Shown: positions 1-10,335, numbered from the stretch's first letter. The stretch is DNA of 64,000 nt from Acidimicrobiales bacterium (GCA_036260295.1 DATAAD010000082.1:9965-73964); one strand, 5' to 3'. Program-made: numbers and translations. Notes: generated from the sequence alone by a model not told the origin.

Positions 1-1683
1 CTGGCGGTCACCGCCGCGTCGGGACGGGTGGTCGGGGCGGTCCCCGACGTCGTCACCAACGGGTTCGACAGCCCGGCCGGCCGGCGGTTGGTGGTGGGCC
101 TCGGCGTCATGGCCGTGCTGGCCATGCTCGGCGTGTTCGTCGACAGCCTGCGCTGGCGCAGCGCCGACCTCCTCGGCCACCGGTTCCGGGCCGACCAGGG
201 GCGCCGCATCATGGCCGCCTTCCTCGGCCGGGCGGGCATCGACCACGCCGACGACCCGGCAGTCCAGGACGCGGCGGCGGCCGCGGACAACAACTGGCTC
301 CGCAGCCTCCCAGAGGGCCTGATGAACGTGGCCGGCAACCGGGTGAACGGCTACGGCGGCGCCCTCCTCGTCGCCCTGTACGAACCGATCGGCGCGCTGG
401 CGCTCACCCTGGCCTGGATGGCGGGCGGCCGCTGGAAGTGGCGGCGGGCGGTCGAGGACGCCAAGGCCAACCTCGGCCAGGTCCGGGCCCTGCGCCGGTC
501 GACGGCTACGGCCGAGCTGGCCACGTCTCCCCACGCGGCCAAGGAGATCCGGCTGTTCGGCCTCGGTGACTGGCTGGGCGCCCGCTTCGCCCGGGAGTGG
601 CACACAGCCATGGCCGAGGTCTGGCGCCTGAGGGGGGGCGGCGTCGGCGTCGGCGTCGGCGTGTTCGCCCTGCTCCTCGGCGCCCACGCCCTGGCCGTCA
701 CCCGGATCGCCACCGCCGCGGCCGCGGGCGACCTCGGCCTCGGGTCCGTCGCCGTGGCCCTCCAGGCCGTGATCGCCACCCGGGGGATCGGGGGGGTGCC
801 GTGGGGCTTCCACGAGGTCCAGTACGGGCTGACCGCCCTCCCCGCCATGGCCCGGCTGGAGGCCGTGCTGGCCGAGGCCCCCGACCTCGAGGGAACGGGG
901 CCGGCGCCCAGGCTGGCCGGGGCCATCCGGGTGGAGAGCGTCCGCTACCGCTACCCCCGCAGCGACCGCGACGTGCTGGCCGGTGTCGACTTCGAGATCC
1001 CGGCGGGCACGTCGGTGGCGATCGTGGGCGACAACGGGGCAGGGAAGTCCACCCTGGTCCAGCTCCTCGCCCGCCTCCGCGATCCGACGGAGGGCCGCAT
1101 CACCGTCGACGGCACCGACCTGGTCACCGTCGTGCCCACCGCCTGGCAGGAGTCGGTGGCCGCCGTCTCCCAGCGGGCCCTGCGCCTTCCCCTCTCCGCC
1201 CGGCGCAACCTGGCCGGGGGCCGCCACGTCGCCGACGAGCGGCTCGACGAGGCCGTGGCCGACGCCAAGGCGGCCGGCATCGTCGACGCCTTCGCCGGTG
1301 GCTGGGACACGCCGCTCTCGCGAGAGTTCACCGGGGGCGCCGACCTGTCCGGCGGCGAGTGGCAGCGGCTGGCCCTGGCCCGGGCCCTCGTCGCCCTCGA
1401 AGCCGGGGCCCAGGTGCTGGTGCTCGACGAGCCCACCGCCCACCTCGACGTGCGGGCCGAGGCCGACCTCTACGACCACTTCCTCCGCCTGACCCGGGGC
1501 CGCACGACGATCCTCGTCTCCCACCGTTTCTCGACCGTGCGCCGGGCCGACCGGATCGTGGTCCTCGACAGGGGCCGGGTCGTGGAGCAGGGCAGCCACG
1601 ACGAGCTGCTGGCCGCCGGCGGGCGCTACGCGGCCATGTTCACCCTCCAAGCGTCCCGCTTCGCCGAGATCGGGGACGCGTGA
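1..1683 (+). CDS. ABC transporter, fused permease/ATP-binding subunit (5' end outside window)
   Basis: Frame open from base 1. Hydrophobic N-half, then Walker A GDNGAGKST, ABC signature LSGGEWQRLALARAL and Walker B VLVLDEPTAHLD. Confidence 0.85.
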   Translation: MAVTAASGRVVGAVPDVVTNGFDSPAGRRLVVGLGVMAVLAMLGVFVDSLRWRSADLLGHRFRADQGRRIMAAFLGRAGIDHADDPAVQDAAAAADNNWLRSLPEGLMNVAGNRVNGYGGALLVALYEPIGALALTLAWMAGGRWKWRRAVEDAKANLGQVRALRRSTATAELATSPHAAKEIRLFGLGDWLGARFAREWHTAMAEVWRLRGGGVGVGVGVFALLLGAHALAVTRIATAAAAGDLGLGSVAVALQAVIATRGIGGVPWGFHEVQYGLTALPAMARLEAVLAEAPDLEGTGPAPRLAGAIRVESVRYRYPRSDRDVLAGVDFEIPAGTSVAIVGDNGAGKSTLVQLLARLRDPTEGRITVDGTDLVTVVPTAWQESVAAVSQRALRLPLSARRNLAGGRHVADERLDEAVADAKAAGIVDAFAGGWDTPLSREFTGGADLSGGEWQRLALARALVALEAGAQVLVLDEPTAHLDVRAEADLYDHFLRLTRGRTTILVSHRFSTVRRADRIVVLDRGRVVEQGSHDELLAAGGRYAAMFTLQASRFAEIGDA

Positions 1684-3497
1684 GCCCGACCGACGCCGGG
1701 CGCCTGCGCAGCCTGCTCCTGTTCGTGGCCACCAGCTGGCGGGCCGACCCGGCCCGGTTCCTGGGGTCCCTCGCTACGACCGTCACCGACCAGGTCACCC
1801 AGATCCTCGCCATCTACGCGGTGAAGGGCGTCATCGACGCCGCCGGCGCAGGCGACCGCGGCCGGGCCGTCACCTGGGCCCTGGTCATCGCCGCGGCCAT
1901 CGCCACCAGCTACACGGCGAACGCCGTCGGCTCCACGGTCTCCAACGGGCTGCGGGAGCGCACGGCCATGGCCTTCGAGGCCACGCTCCTGCGCCTGGTG
2001 AGCTCGCTCCCCGGCATCGAGCACTTCGAGCGTCCCGAGCTGCTCGACCGCGTCGAGCTCGTGCGTCAGGACCGGTGGTCGCTCGGCGCCGTGGTCCAGT
2101 CCAGCCTGAACGTCCTCAACGTCGTCCTCCAGCTCCTGGGCACCACGCTGGTGCTGGCCGGCGTGTCCCCGATCCTCCTGCTGCTGCCGGCCGCGGCCGT
2201 CATCCCCATGCTCACCGCCGTACGGAGCGACCGGATCTACAAGCGGGGTGAGGACGAGACCGCCGAGGCCACGCGGCTCGCCGTCCGCCTCCAGGCCCAG
2301 GCCGTGGACCCGGCGTCGGCCGCCGAGCTCCGCCTCCACGGGTTCGGCCCCGTCGTCCTCGACGAGCACCGGCGGGCCCACGAGAAGGTGGTCGACTCCC
2401 GGCGCCGGGTCGCCCTGAGGACGGCGGGGCTCAACATCGTCGGCGACGCCCTGTTCGTGGCCGCCCAGATGGCGGCCGTGGTGCTGGTGGTCAACCGGGC
2501 CGTCTCGGGGGGGACGACCGCCGGCGACGTCGTCCTCACCGTCACCCTGACCCTCCGTCTGCGCTTCCAGGTGTACTGGGTGGTCGGCAGCATCGAGTGG
2601 ATGCTGCGGGCCCTGCGCACGGTTGGGCGGGTGGGCTGGCTCGAGGCCGAGGTGGCGCGGGCCGGCCGCCGGGTGGACGAAGCCCCACCCGACGCACCGG
2701 CGCCCGAGCGGCTGACGTCCGGCATCCGCTTCGAGGATGTCAGCTTCAGCTACCCGGGGACGTCCACGCCCGTCCTGGCCGGGGTGGACCTCTTCTTCCC
2801 GGCGGGCTCGACGGTGGCGATCGTCGGCGAGAACGGCGCCGGCAAGACGACGATCGTCAAGCTGCTCTGCCGGTTCTACGACCCCACCGAGGGCCGCATC
2901 ACCGCCGACGGGACCGACCTGCGCCGCTTCCCCGTCGACGAGTGGCGGGCCCGGCTGTCGGGCGCCTTCCAGGACCACGCCCGCCTCGAGTTCGTGGCTC
3001 GCGAGACGGTGGGCGTGGGCCACCTGGCCGCCCTCGACGACGAGAGCGCCGTCCTCCAGGCCATCGAGAGCGCGGGGGCCTCGGCCGTGCTCCACAGCCT
3101 CCCCGATGGGCTGGCCAGCCAGCTCGGCACCCGGTTCGAGGACGGGATCGAGCTGTCCGGCGGCCAGTGGCAGCAGCTCGCCCTGGGGCGGGGGATGATG
3201 CGGGCGCCGGTCGCCCCGCTCCTGCTCCTGCTCGACGAGCCCACCGCCGCCCTCGACCCGGCCACCGAGCACCGGCTGTTCGAGCGCTACGCCGCCGCCG
3301 CCCGGTCGGCGTCGGCGGGCAACGGGGCGGTGACCGTGCTCGTGTCGCACCGCTTCTCGACCGTCCGCATGGCCGACCTCATCGTGGTCGTGGCCGACGG
3401 GCGGATGCTCGAGGCCGGCGCGCACGAGGAGCTCATGGCCGCCGGCGGCCTGTACGCCGAGCTGTACGGCCTCCAGGCCCGGGCCTACCGGACCTGA
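1680..3497 (+). CDS. ABC transporter, fused permease/ATP-binding subunit (probable heterodimer partner)
   Basis: GTG start overlaps the upstream stop (GTGA). The Arg/Pro-rich N-part of track ORF 597..3497 is not coding. Walker A GENGAGKTT, signature LSGGQWQQLALGR, Walker B LLLLDEPTAALD. Confidence 0.85.
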   Translation: MSPTDAGRLRSLLLFVATSWRADPARFLGSLATTVTDQVTQILAIYAVKGVIDAAGAGDRGRAVTWALVIAAAIATSYTANAVGSTVSNGLRERTAMAFEATLLRLVSSLPGIEHFERPELLDRVELVRQDRWSLGAVVQSSLNVLNVVLQLLGTTLVLAGVSPILLLLPAAAVIPMLTAVRSDRIYKRGEDETAEATRLAVRLQAQAVDPASAAELRLHGFGPVVLDEHRRAHEKVVDSRRRVALRTAGLNIVGDALFVAAQMAAVVLVVNRAVSGGTTAGDVVLTVTLTLRLRFQVYWVVGSIEWMLRALRTVGRVGWLEAEVARAGRRVDEAPPDAPAPERLTSGIRFEDVSFSYPGTSTPVLAGVDLFFPAGSTVAIVGENGAGKTTIVKLLCRFYDPTEGRITADGTDLRRFPVDEWRARLSGAFQDHARLEFVARETVGVGHLAALDDESAVLQAIESAGASAVLHSLPDGLASQLGTRFEDGIELSGGQWQQLALGRGMMRAPVAPLLLLLDEPTAALDPATEHRLFERYAAAARSASAGNGAVTVLVSHRFSTVRMADLIVVVADGRMLEAGAHEELMAAGGLYAELYGLQARAYRT

Positions 3498-3503
3498 GGG
3501 GCG

Positions 3504-4745
3504 TCAGGCCGCGAAGCGCATGCGGAGGTCGACCAGGCCCCGCAGGGTCAGGCTGTCCCGGTGCTGGGGCTGGCCGCCCACCAGCTCGATGGTGCCGAAG
3601 CGGTCGAGGAGACGGTCGAGGACCACCTGGGCCTCGAGGCGGGCCAGCGCCGCGCCCAGGCAGTGGTGGATCCCGCTGCCGAAGCTCATGGGCGGCGACT
3701 CGGCTCGGCCGACGTCGAGGCGGTCGGGGTCGGTGAAGCGGGCCGGGTCGCGGTTGGCGGCGCCGATGAGGGCCAGGACGGTGTTGTCGGCCTCGATCAA
3801 CGCGTCGCCGATCCGGACGTCCTCGTAGGTCGTGCGGGCCGTGATCTGCACCGGGCTGTCGTACCGCAGCAGCTCCTCGACCGCGGGGCGCAGGAGCGTG
3901 CGGTCCTCGCGGAGCCGGGCCAGCTGGTCGGGGGTCTGGACCAGGGCGAGCAGGCCGTTGCCGATGAGATGGGTGGTGGTCTCGAAGCCGGCGGCGAAGA
4001 GCAGGATGGCGGTGGAGATCAGCTCCCACTCGCTGAGGCGCTCACCCTCGTCCTCGGCGAGGATGAGCCGGCTGAGGAGGTCGTCGCCGGGATGGGCGCG
4101 CCGCTCGGCCACCAGCCCGGCGAAGTACCCCTCGAGGACCTCCGACGCCTCAGTCGCGGCGTTGAGGGCCTCGGGGCTGATGACCAGCTCGAGGACGGCG
4201 GTGACGGCCCGGACCAGCGAGCGGAACTGGGGCCGATCCTCCGCCGGCACCCCGAGCATCTCGCCGATCACCGTGACCGGGAGCGGGAAGGCCAGCACGC
4301 TCATGACGTCGACCTCGTGGGTGCCGACCTCGTCGAGCAGGCCGTCGACCAGCTCCACCACCCGGGGGCGCAGCGCCTCCACGCTGCGGGGCGTGAAGGC
4401 CCGGCTGGCCAGCCGGCGCAGCCGGGTGTGGTCCGGCGGGTCGGCGAAGAGCATGTTGGAGCGGTCGTTGCGGAATGCCGCTTGCTGGGCCTGCTGGGCC
4501 TCGGTGAGGCCCAGGGCGCTGGCCGCCCGGGAAAAGTCCTTGCCCACACCCGAGGCCCGGAGCAGCTGCACGCAGTCGTCGTACCGGGTCAGCACGCAGA
4601 ACCCGAAGGCGCTGCGGTGGACCGGCGCGATCTCCCGCAGCCGGGCGTACCGGGAGTAGGGGTCGGCCCGTCCCTCGGGGGTGGCGACGAGCTCGGCGAG
4701 GAGGGCGTCGGCCTGGACGGTGTCGACGGAGGCCGCGGAGGTCAT
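3504..4745 (-). CDS. cytochrome P450
   Basis: Heme-binding loop FGSGIHHCLGAALARLE, ExxR (EELLRY) and I-helix-like AAGFETT. Convergent with the ABC gene, 6 nt apart. Confidence 0.9.
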   Translation of the reverse strand: MTSAASVDTVQADALLAELVATPEGRADPYSRYARLREIAPVHRSAFGFCVLTRYDDCVQLLRASGVGKDFSRAASALGLTEAQQAQQAAFRNDRSNMLFADPPDHTRLRRLASRAFTPRSVEALRPRVVELVDGLLDEVGTHEVDVMSVLAFPLPVTVIGEMLGVPAEDRPQFRSLVRAVTAVLELVISPEALNAATEASEVLEGYFAGLVAERRAHPGDDLLSRLILAEDEGERLSEWELISTAILLFAAGFETTTHLIGNGLLALVQTPDQLARLREDRTLLRPAVEELLRYDSPVQITARTTYEDVRIGDALIEADNTVLALIGAANRDPARFTDPDRLDVGRAESPPMSFGSGIHHCLGAALARLEAQVVLDRLLDRFGTIELVGGQPQHRDSLTLRGLVDLRMRFAA

Positions 4746-4949
4746 GCCTCCAGTCCTACCAGCGTCCCTGGGCTATCACTCCTCGGCCGCGGCCCGACGG
4801 TCGATCACCGCCGGGCGGCCGGTGGACGAGAGTGGCCCCGATGCAGACGGACACGGCGGACGTCCGCTGGCACCGGGGCCGGGCGCACACTAGGCCGCGC
4901 GGGTGCCTCGGCGCCATCGTCGGGTTAAACGGGCGTTAATGGTCGACGG

Positions 4950-7900
4950 TCATGGTGACGGGACCGAAGAGGGATCCGGCGGCACGTGCACCTCGGGGTT
5001 TGTGTGTTCGGGGCCCGGGCGACGGCGGGTCCCGGCCCAAGCCCCCTCAGCGTGCCGGGTCGGAGACGGCGAGCCGGTGCCGGTCAGGCGCTCGGCTGAC
5101 GCCAGAGCCCGGTCGCGAAGGACCGTGGCTCCCTGCGCCTCGGCCTGCCGTGCCGCCTGCCGGAGGTCGGCGAGGGCTTCGCCGCACCGCTCGGGTTGCA
5201 GGGCGGCGTCCAGCTCCCCTCGCAGCCTGAGCACCTCGGGCAGGGAGAACGACGACCCCATGGCCTCCGCCTCCGCCTGCGCCTCGCCGACCAGACGGCG
5301 GGCCTCGTCCAGGCGGCCCAACCGCTGCCAGGTCTCGGCCGTCAGCGCCAGCCAGAACGGATGCCAGGGCCGGATGCCGGCGGTGAGGGCCGAGGGCAGG
5401 GCGTCGAGCAGCGGGAGGACGTCGCTCTCCGGCGCGCGCCCATGGGCCATCGCCCACGCCCGTACCACGCGGCCGTGGTAGGTGAAGTCCGTCAGCTGAA
5501 GCCTGTCGGCCTGGTCGATGAGCTCCCCGGCCAGGCGCCGGGCATCCGCCACCTCCCCCACCAGCACCCGGTCGAAAAGGGCGAAGGAGAGTGCGGTGGC
5601 TATGCCGAAGGGGCTCCCGAGCGCGCGTCCTCGTTCCAGGGCGGCGTCGACGAGCCGCCGGCCCTCCTGGTGGTCGCCCTGCAGGTGACGAGCCATGCTC
5701 AGCCAACTGTCGACCTGGACGCGCAGATCGGTGAAGGTCCCACCGGCCAGGACCTCCTCTTCGGCCGCGTCGGCGACCTCCTTCCCGGCGGCGAGGTGGG
5801 CCGCGCCGTCGACCACGTCGCCCACGCAGACGGCCACCAGTCCGAGGGCCAGGTGGGCGGTCACGGTGACCGCCGGGTCGGCGGAGGTGCGCCGCAGCTG
5901 CAGCATGTGGTCGGCGAGCACCCGCGACCCCTCCATGTCCCCCCTGGCCCAGGCGAAGGTGAACATGCCCCACAGCGAGCGAAGCAGGCCACGCCGGTCC
6001 TCCACCGCCTGGCACAGCTCGGTCGCCCGGGCCCAGGCCCCGGCGCTCTCGGGCGTCGCCAGGCCCTTGGCGACGCTCAGCAGCGTCGCCAGCCGAACCT
6101 GGAGGTCGAGCTCGTGGCGGTCGCGCTCGGGCCCGGCCGCCATGGTCGCCGCCAGCGCCAAGCCCCGGCGAAGGTGGTCTTCCGCCACGTCGTGGGCCAG
6201 CGCCGCCTCTGCTGCCGCTGCGGCGCGGCCGGCGGCGAGGACGGCAAGGACCGGGCCGCAGACGGGAACCGCCTCATAGCGGTGGTGGGCGACCTCGGTC
6301 GCTCGGGCCTGGTCGCCGCCGACCTGCTCGAGGGCGTCGGCGACCAAACCGTGCAGACGGGCCCGGCGCAGCTGGGTGAGGTCCTCGTAGATCGCCTCCT
6401 GCACGAGGGCGTGGGAGAACTGGAACCGCTCGACGGCATCCGATCGCTCCGAGACCAGGCCGGCCGCGATCGACACGTCGATCAGGTCGAGGGCCCGGTC
6501 GAGGTCCACCCCGGCGGCGCCGGCCACCGCCCTGAGGTCGAAGTCGTTCCCCGTCACGGCCGCGACCACCAGAAGCTCCTGCGTCGCCTCGGGCAGCCGG
6601 GCCATACGACGGCCGACGACCTGGCGGACCGCCCACGGCACGCCGGCGGCCGTGGGCGTCCTGCCCGTCCGCGCCCTCTCGGTGACAAGGAGGCGGGTGA
6701 GCTCGCCCACGAAGAACGGGTTGCCGCCGGCCCGGTCCCAGACGGCGGCGAGAATCTCGGCCACGGCCTCCTCCCCCGCCTCGTGAGCGACGAACTCGGC
6801 CACTTCATCACGGGTCAGGCCCTGCAGCGCGAGATGGACCCGCCCGGGCTGCCTGGCGACCGACGCCAGGACCTCCGCCAGGGCGGCACTCGGCGCGGGA
6901 TCCACGTCGCGATAGGTGACGACGAGGCAGCTGTTCGACCCTGAGAGGCGGCGGGCGACGTGGCCGGTCAGCTCGAGCGATGGGCGGTCGGCCCAGTGGA
7001 GGTCGTCCAGGATGACCGCGACCGGCTGGTGCTGGGACAGACGGGCCAGGAACCCGGCAACCGCTTCGAAGAACCGATGGCGGGCGGCGGTGGGGTCCAG
7101 CGGGGCGGGGGGCGGCAGGTCCTCGACGAGCTCCCTGACCTCGGGGACCAGCCGGCTGATCTCCGCCGCGTCCGGGCCGAGAGCGGCCCGCACCGCTCCG
7201 GTGTCGGGATGGGCGAGGAGCGCCCGGAGTGCCTGCAGCCAGGGCCAGAAGGGAGGGGCGCCGTCGCCCTCCTCGCACCGCCCCCATGCCACGACGCATC
7301 CACGGGTCGCGGCGCGCTCCGCCGCCTCCCGGGCCAGCCGCGTCTTGCCGATGCCGGGCTCACCGGCGAGCAGCGCGATGGGTCGCGAGTTCCGTCCGTC
7401 GGCGAGGGCGCCGTCGAGAGCGGCGAGCTCCGCCACCCGGCCGACGAAGACCTCGTGCCGGACGGACGTCTGCACCGGACGCGCCGCGACCGCGGGCGGG
7501 ACCACGCCCTCGGGCCGGGGCGGCTGCCAGTCCAGTGCCGGGTCCTGGGCCAGGATGTCGCTCTCCAGGCGGCGCAGATCGGGGCCGGGCTCGATCCCGA
7601 GCTCCTCCCGGAGCCGGCCCCGGGCGCTCATGTAGGCCCGCAGGGCGTCGCCCTGGCGGCCGGACCGGTACAGGGCGAGCATCAGCAGCTCCACCAGGCG
7701 CTCGTTGAGCGGCTCGGCCCGCACCAGGTGCTCGAGCTCGACCACGACGGCGCCGTGCGCGCCCAGGGCCAGGTCGGCGACGAGGCGGTCCTTGGTGGCG
7801 GCCAGCCGCAGCCCCTCCAGGCGGCCCGCTTCCATCTCGGCGAAGGCGAACTCCTCCATGGCTCGGCCCCGCCACAGCGCCACCGCCTCGGTCAACGTGC

Positions 7901-8252
7901 GACGGGCGCACTGGGGCCGGCCGTCGGCGAGGTGGCGGTGCCCTTCGGCGGCCAGTCGCTCGAAGTCGGCCGCGTCGTACTCCCCGGGACCGACGCGGAG
8001 CAGATAGCCGGGCGCCCGGGTGAGGATCCGCTCCGGCGGGGTACGCGCCGGGCGGTCGGGCTCGATCAGCCGGCGGAGGTTGGCGATGTAGACGGCCAGG
8101 CTGCCGGTCGAACGGGACACCCCGCCGTCCTGCCACAGGACGTCCGCGAACCGGTCGACGGAGACGACCTCGTTCCCGTGGATGAGCAGGGTGGCCAGTA
8201 CGGCGCGCTGCTTCGGCCGACCGACCTCGACCGGACGATCGTCGTACAACAC
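4950..8252 (-). CDS. large AfsR/SARP-family transcriptional regulator (wHTH-BTAD + P-loop NTPase + TPR-like C-terminus)
   Basis: SARP wHTH (KQRAVLATLLIHGNEVVSVDRFADVLW), BTAD (LYRSGRQGDALRAYMSARGRLREELGIEPGPDLRRLESDIL), P-loop GEPGIGKTRLA and a long helical-repeat tail. The in-frame codons upstream of the GTG at 8252 read LHFRLLGPLE, so the true start may be the CTG at 8282. Confidence 0.85.
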   Translation of the reverse strand: MLYDDRPVEVGRPKQRAVLATLLIHGNEVVSVDRFADVLWQDGGVSRSTGSLAVYIANLRRLIEPDRPARTPPERILTRAPGYLLRVGPGEYDAADFERLAAEGHRHLADGRPQCARRTLTEAVALWRGRAMEEFAFAEMEAGRLEGLRLAATKDRLVADLALGAHGAVVVELEHLVRAEPLNERLVELLMLALYRSGRQGDALRAYMSARGRLREELGIEPGPDLRRLESDILAQDPALDWQPPRPEGVVPPAVAARPVQTSVRHEVFVGRVAELAALDGALADGRNSRPIALLAGEPGIGKTRLAREAAERAATRGCVVAWGRCEEGDGAPPFWPWLQALRALLAHPDTGAVRAALGPDAAEISRLVPEVRELVEDLPPPAPLDPTAARHRFFEAVAGFLARLSQHQPVAVILDDLHWADRPSLELTGHVARRLSGSNSCLVVTYRDVDPAPSAALAEVLASVARQPGRVHLALQGLTRDEVAEFVAHEAGEEAVAEILAAVWDRAGGNPFFVGELTRLLVTERARTGRTPTAAGVPWAVRQVVGRRMARLPEATQELLVVAAVTGNDFDLRAVAGAAGVDLDRALDLIDVSIAAGLVSERSDAVERFQFSHALVQEAIYEDLTQLRRARLHGLVADALEQVGGDQARATEVAHHRYEAVPVCGPVLAVLAAGRAAAAAEAALAHDVAEDHLRRGLALAATMAAGPERDRHELDLQVRLATLLSVAKGLATPESAGAWARATELCQAVEDRRGLLRSLWGMFTFAWARGDMEGSRVLADHMLQLRRTSADPAVTVTAHLALGLVAVCVGDVVDGAAHLAAGKEVADAAEEEVLAGGTFTDLRVQVDSWLSMARHLQGDHQEGRRLVDAALERGRALGSPFGIATALSFALFDRVLVGEVADARRLAGELIDQADRLQLTDFTYHGRVVRAWAMAHGRAPESDVLPLLDALPSALTAGIRPWHPFWLALTAETWQRLGRLDEARRLVGEAQAEAEAMGSSFSLPEVLRLRGELDAALQPERCGEALADLRQAARQAEAQGATVLRDRALASAERLTGTGSPSPTRHAEGAWAGTRRRPGPEHTNPEVHVPPDPSSVPSP

Positions 8253-8358
8253 CTCGAGCGGGCCGAGGAGCCGGAAGTGCAGCGCCGGTTGCGGTATTCG
8301 CCCAGGCTAAAGGGTGACGGGCGAGTTGTGGTACCCGCGGTCCCGACCGCCCCACGAG

Positions 8359-9120
8359 CTACGGCCCCGCCGCTACGGTCAGCGACTCACCGACGCGGAT
8401 GCACTCGACCAGCCGCTCCCCTCGGTGCACGACGCCGTCCGGCCACACCACGGAGCGCACGAGCTCGCCCTCCACCCGGGCCCCGGGCCCGACCACGCTG
8501 CGCCCGCCCGAGGCGGTGAGGTTGGCGGCCAGGTAGTCGGCCGGCGTGCCGCAGTCGAAGAACGGCCCGACCTGGGGCACCAGCTCCAGGCGGCCCTCCG
8601 CCCATGCCCGCCCCCACGACACCTCGTAGAGGCCGGTGGGCGTGGCCGGGAGGGGGTCGACCTCCGGCCACGGCATGAGCGCGGCGCCGCAGTACCGCCA
8701 CGTCCCGAAGTCGCCCCGCGCTCGGTCTTCCACGACGAGCAGGCGAGTGCGCTCGCCGTCCCACCCGTCGAGCAGGACCGACAGTTCGAAGCGGTGCCAG
8801 GCGTCGGCGTTGACGACCAGGGTGGGCCGCCCGGCGATCCACTCCCGCAGCCGGCCCAGGGCGCCCGCCGTCCCCAGTGCCTCGGGCTCCTCCACGGAGA
8901 CGTGGACCGCTCGCCCGGCGAGGTGGGCCTCCATCTGGTCGCGGCCGTGGTGGACGTTCACCGCGATGCTTCCCGTGACCGGCCGCACCCGGTCCAGCGC
9001 CAGCTCCAGCAGCGGGACGTTGTCCACCGGGCACAGCGCCTTGGGCCGGATGTCGGTGAGCGGGCGCAGCCGCGTCCCCGCGCCCGCGGCGAGGACGACC
9101 GCCGCCGGCTGGGCGGTCAC
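8359..9120 (-). CDS. sugar-phosphate nucleotidyltransferase (NTP_transferase family)
   Basis: N-terminal VVLAAGAGTRLRPLTDIRPKALCPV motif typical of glucose/mannose-1-phosphate nucleotidyltransferases. Start overlaps the upstream gene's stop. Confidence 0.75.
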   Translation of the reverse strand: MTAQPAAVVLAAGAGTRLRPLTDIRPKALCPVDNVPLLELALDRVRPVTGSIAVNVHHGRDQMEAHLAGRAVHVSVEEPEALGTAGALGRLREWIAGRPTLVVNADAWHRFELSVLLDGWDGERTRLLVVEDRARGDFGTWRYCGAALMPWPEVDPLPATPTGLYEVSWGRAWAEGRLELVPQVGPFFDCGTPADYLAANLTASGGRSVVGPGARVEGELVRSVVWPDGVVHRGERLVECIRVGESLTVAAGP

Positions 9121-9686
9121 GCGGCCGGCGGCGACACCACCCCGAGGCCCTCGATGATGGTGAAGAAGCCCCGGGCGAACGGGTCGTGCTCCGTACGGCG
9201 GCGGACCGACTCCCAGTCGACCTGCTCGCGGACGGCCCGGGCCGTCTCGATCAGCCCCTCGTAGGTCATGTGGTGCTCGCTCATCGACAGCAGCTGGGTG
9301 ACGAGCACGTCGTCGATGGGGAGGACGGGCATGGTGACCGCGTGCACCTCCAGCTCCTCGGCCCGGGCCAGGACCTCAAGAGTGATCTCCAGCCCCGAGG
9401 GGTGGACCATGAGGTCGACGGTGACGCCGCCGTCGTGGGCCTTCATCAGCCACTCCTCGGGCGGGTCCTCGGTCTCCATCCCCGCCTCTTCGAGGGCGGC
9501 CATGGCCCGGGGCAGATCGTCGTCGGTCACCACGATGTCGACGTCGTCGTCGCGGACCGGCGCACCTCGGGCCCAGCAGGCCAGCCCGCCGGCCACCGCG
9601 AAGGGGACGCCCGCATCCCGGAGAGCGGCGGCGGTGCGCTTCAGCGCCCGCAGCATCTCGTCCATGCGCTCCTCGTCCTGCGGCAT
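9117..9686 (-). CDS. nucleotidyltransferase-fold protein, function unknown
   Basis: GG...x...DVDIVV pattern (AVAGGLACWARGAPVRDDDVDIVV), resembling minimal nucleotidyltransferase-fold proteins. Coupled to the downstream NTP-transferase gene. Confidence 0.5.
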   Translation of the reverse strand: MPQDEERMDEMLRALKRTAAALRDAGVPFAVAGGLACWARGAPVRDDDVDIVVTDDDLPRAMAALEEAGMETEDPPEEWLMKAHDGGVTVDLMVHPSGLEITLEVLARAEELEVHAVTMPVLPIDDVLVTQLLSMSEHHMTYEGLIETARAVREQVDWESVRRRTEHDPFARGFFTIIEGLGVVSPPAA

Positions 9687-9712
9687 CCCGATGGTTATGC
9701 CCCGCCTTACAC

Positions 9713-9752
9713 GCAGCGACCCCGCCTGCGTCGTTGGAGGCGGGGTCGCTGC
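9713..9752 (-). terminator. strong GC hairpin downstream of the PadR gene (14-bp perfect stem, 12-nt loop)
   Basis: GCAGCGACCCCGCC (9713-9726) pairs perfectly with GGCGGGGTCGCTGC (9739-9752). No clear U-tract. Confidence 0.4.
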
Positions 9753-9810
9753 TGTTGAACCTGAACGGCGGGGGGGGAACCGCTCCCCTGTTGTATCGGC
9801 AGCACGACCC

Positions 9811-10335
9811 TCACCTTGAACGGATCTCGGGCGGAAGATGGTCGAACCACTCGAGGACGGCGGTCTCGTAGCGGATGCCGAAGTCCAGGGTGGCCGACGC
9901 GTAGGCGTCGAGGTGGTCGCCGGCCTCGGCCCGCAAAGCCCGGTACTGCTCCAGGCGCTGCTCGTGCACGCCCCGGTGATCGGCGACGAACGACGCCAGG
10001 CGCCCGGGCGGCAGGTGCCGGCCGAAGGCGATGGTCAGGAGGAGCGGGTAGCGGATCTGCTCCGGCCCCGGTCGCTGCTCCAGCCAGGCCCGGAAGGCGG
10101 CCCGGCCGGCGTCGGTCAGCTCGTAGGGACGGCGGTCGCGGGGACCGGCCGGTCCGGCCGCGATCAACCCGGCCGACTCCATGGCGGCCAGCTCCCGGTA
10201 CACCTGGCTACGGGTGAGCGACCAGAAGTCGCCGATGAGGGCCTGGGCCGTCGCCACCAGGTCCCATCCGCTCATGGGCCGCTCGTGGAGGAAGCCGAGC
10301 AGTGACGCGGCGGTGGCGTTCAGTTGACAGTCCAC
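9811..10335 (-). CDS. PadR-family transcriptional regulator
   Basis: N-terminal wHTH LLGFLHERPMSGWDLV...SQVYRELAAMESAGLI, typical of PadR. GTG start. Confidence 0.8.
   Translation of the reverse strand: MDCQLNATAASLLGFLHERPMSGWDLVATAQALIGDFWSLTRSQVYRELAAMESAGLIAAGPAGPRDRRPYELTDAGRAAFRAWLEQRPGPEQIRYPLLLTIAFGRHLPPGRLASFVADHRGVHEQRLEQYRALRAEAGDHLDAYASATLDFGIRYETAVLEWFDHLPPEIRSR

Noticed and set aside
640-663. Tandem GGCGTC repeats.
   Set aside because: This is a short in-frame hexamer repeat encoding GVGVGVGV within a transmembrane region of the ABC transporter. It is not a CRISPR or VNTR-like array.
597-1679. N-terminal 360 aa of track ORF 597..3497.
   Set aside because: It is Arg/Pro-rich read-through in an alternative frame of the first ABC gene. 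The real second ABC gene starts at the GTG at 1680, overlapping the upstream stop.
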